64,000 nt of DNA from Guillardia theta CCMP2712 (lineage: Eukaryota > Protista > Cryptophyta): the NCBI RefSeq assembly GCF_000315625.1, contig NW_005434649.1, positions 310,001-374,000 of the forward strand, given 5' to 3'. Shown piece by piece: positions 61,601-64,000 of this stretch. The notes under the pieces are model-generated. The model was not told the origin of the DNA. It made no database searches and worked only from the letters and a program-made list of their open reading frames with translations. The first letter of the stretch is position 1. The number at the start of each line of letters is the position of its first letter. The position numbers were made by a program, and so were the translations under genes.

Positions 61601-64000
61601 GATATCTCCGACCTGCGAGCTTTTCCGGCACTTGCACGTCCAGTAGGAGCTTGTTGGGTGTGTTCATGCTCGAGGGGCAAAGGACGGGCATCGAACGGAT
61701 CGAGATTGTTACACCTGGAACAAGTTGCAGCGCCAACGTCCAGGTAACCATCTCCAGTCCGGACAGGGACAGAGTAACGGATGGGCTGACCAACACTCCC
61801 GTGTGTCCGTCCGACAGCTCTCTATGTTCTCAGGCTACAGCAGTCGCAACTGTCAGCGGAGGGTCCATCACCAGCATCGTCCTCACCAACGCCGGCAGTG
61901 GGTACTTGCTTGCCCCTGTAGTGACTATGACCAACCCCAGCACCAACACTCCTTGCGACGCCTTCGCCATCGCACACTTGTCGCACAACTTCACCTCCCG
62001 TCTGCGGGTTACAGCAGACCCAAACTTGATGATGTATCAACCCGAGCGAGATCATTTTGACTCCCTCACTGGCCTCCACTCCTCCGTCTTTGCTGCCGTC
62101 TCTCTCTACAACCGATATGATGCAAGAAAGTCAAACGCCGAGGTCGGAACAGGATACGTGAGTGCGATAGTTGTGACGTCGCTACCCCCCTCCACCTGCA
62201 TAGGACCCATCACCATCGAGCCTCCGCCCTCAGGCAGGACAGCAAAGGCTCGGACAGCAGGCAACGGCGGCATCGCATCGATCGAGGTCATCGATGGAGG
62301 GTACGGGTACGAGTATCCTCCAGCTGTCAGCTTTCCATGTGGAGGAGGCAGTGCTCGGGCTATTCTAGGCTTCACAACTTCAGACGTCCACATGGCCGGG
62401 CCAAGAGCCTCCTCCTACACAGGGATGCAGTCGGCTCTGCTGACATCATCGTCCAAGGCTCCCGCCTTCCGTTTCTCGATGGACTCGCCAGTGGTAGTCG
62501 GCTTCAACAAGGCTTGCAGCACTGCAGTCACGCAAACGATGCTGAGGGCAGGCGCCTCGTGGAACAGCTCTCGAGTTACTGCAGTGACCATCCCTCAGCA
62601 GGGAGTCGCAGGGTTTGCGTTTGGGTTCACAAGCGTGAAGATAAGTCCGTCAGCCATCAACACCAACGGTCTGGTCGATGCTCATGCCGACGCCTTGGCG
62701 GTCCCCACCTGGTCCTTTCCTGCCTCGGGGTCGAGGCTTGTCAACGGGGAAACTGGGATAGTGCATTACAATGGACCAACGGCAGTGACTAATCTCTTCA
62801 GCTGCGATCAGTCGGTGCTGGTTTTCAGCCCTCCGCAACGAGGAGGAGGGCAGGTGTTGAAGATTAAAGTCTCTCAAGCTGCGGGAGCAAGCTTCCCGAG
62901 CTACGAGATCGTACAGCAAGGTCAAGGGTATGCAAACATCCCGATCGTTGTCGACATTGAGTTCAGCGTCGGAGGGTCAGTCAAGAGCTACAGACAAGAC
63001 TACGCTGATCTGAGCAGCAGCCAGTCAACACTCTGCAAGCCCTCCTTCTTCTCCTTGAACACGGCATACCAGGGAACCAACGTCTACTCGAGTTTTGTCA
63101 TACCCTCAGGCACAGGGGCACAGCAGACAGGTCTGACTCTCGACGGAGCTCTCATCACCCGTGAGGGGTACGGATACCAAAGCTCTGGCTCCATACCCAT
63201 CGCGACCTTCAGCTGCAGTGGATGTTCCAGCAGCGCATGTGCTGACAAGGACGCCAACTCCATCGCCAACGAGCTCTGCACTGCCTCAGACCTCAAGGTG
63301 GAGGCGACAGTGAGCAGCGAGTGCTCGGGCACCTGCCTGCATTCAGTAGCGACCAGCGCCTTCTTCTCCCCCAGCAATCGCGATGGGCTGCAGATCTGCT
63401 CGCCGGCAAATGGAGCTGGAGGAGACTACAGGACCCGCAAGACGCTGCAGATGCGCGTGTCGAGCGGGCCTTCGGCGTACTCCAACAGCAACGTCTACAC
63501 GGCTCGACGTAGCCAGGGCTTTCAAGGCCCACGAGGCTCCTTGATCTTCAAGATCACAGCCAACGAGACTTTCGCGTCGTCCTCCCGCTGTCAACCTCCG
63601 CGCGTCATCGTTGAGCCTCCCTCCTCAGGAGGAGTGCAGGCAGAGGTCGTGCTCGACTACATCGACACAAGCCAGGACCCCTATTCCAACGAGCCGTCTG
63701 CGAGCTCGACAGCAGCCAACAAGGGCTTCACAGCAGATGCTGCTCCCTACCAGTACGTGCTCAGAGTCATCAACGCAGGATCCGGGTACTTGACCACTCC
63801 GAGCATCAGGGTCGTCGATTCTCCCGTGTCGTTGCCCGCATGTCCAGCTCCCACTATCGGAGCATACCCAAGGAGCGGGATGGTCGCATCCAGGGTCGAG
63901 CTTGTCAGGAACATCTCCCTACCAGAGCTTAAACAGGGAGGCGCAAACGTTCAACCGACGTGCAGCAGCGGGGCGTATGTCGTCAAGACTCTTTGTCCGG
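55612..64000 (+). CDS. Giant secreted beta-rich repeat protein (>2770 aa), truncated by the window end
   Basis: Exon 1 55612-55638 (MPAHMHGLQ), 48-nt GT-AG intron, then a frame read as open from 55687 to 64000 (AILLLIQLMSNPLHAAVF...CSSGAYVVKTLCP). Signal peptide, ~6 IxQS..N.I.VTL..N..ITISGL repeats and ~9 GxGY repeats. Missing from the ORF track, probably because no stop lies within the window. Confidence 0.88.

Noticed and set aside
55633-63793. Numerous short ORFs listed in the track for this region
   Set aside because: All are alternative-frame or antisense to the single continuous plus-strand frame from 55687 to the window end

Overview
Eukaryotic nuclear DNA, gene-dense, with many short (~45-70 nt) GT-AG introns and a 100-N assembly gap at 31851-31950. 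Intron style, a signal-peptide+F plastid targeting presequence and the gene families suggest a cryptophyte alga, Guillardia theta-like (inference). Recognisable genes: histidine phosphatase, PDZ/coiled-coil protein, four-domain voltage-gated cation channel with EF-hands, helicase-associated (HA) repeat protein, IQ protein, DGAT2-family acyltransferase, SPAG17/PF6-like central-pair protein, ARM/HEAT protein with a probable split TIR domain, PP2C, plastid-targeted threonine dehydratase, a small secreted WSC-related protein, and a >2700-aa secreted repeat protein that runs off the window end and is absent from the ORF track. The strongest unexplained signal is four intronless paralogous small ORFs sharing two motifs (AxL[YF]x[YF][EQ]ELxxxCGxxxAxxW and GLL[FY]T[SA][ED]AxxVLD), arranged as two pairs on either side of the channel locus. 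Exon boundaries were read by eye, family assignments are from recalled motifs with no searches run, and several gene ends are approximate.
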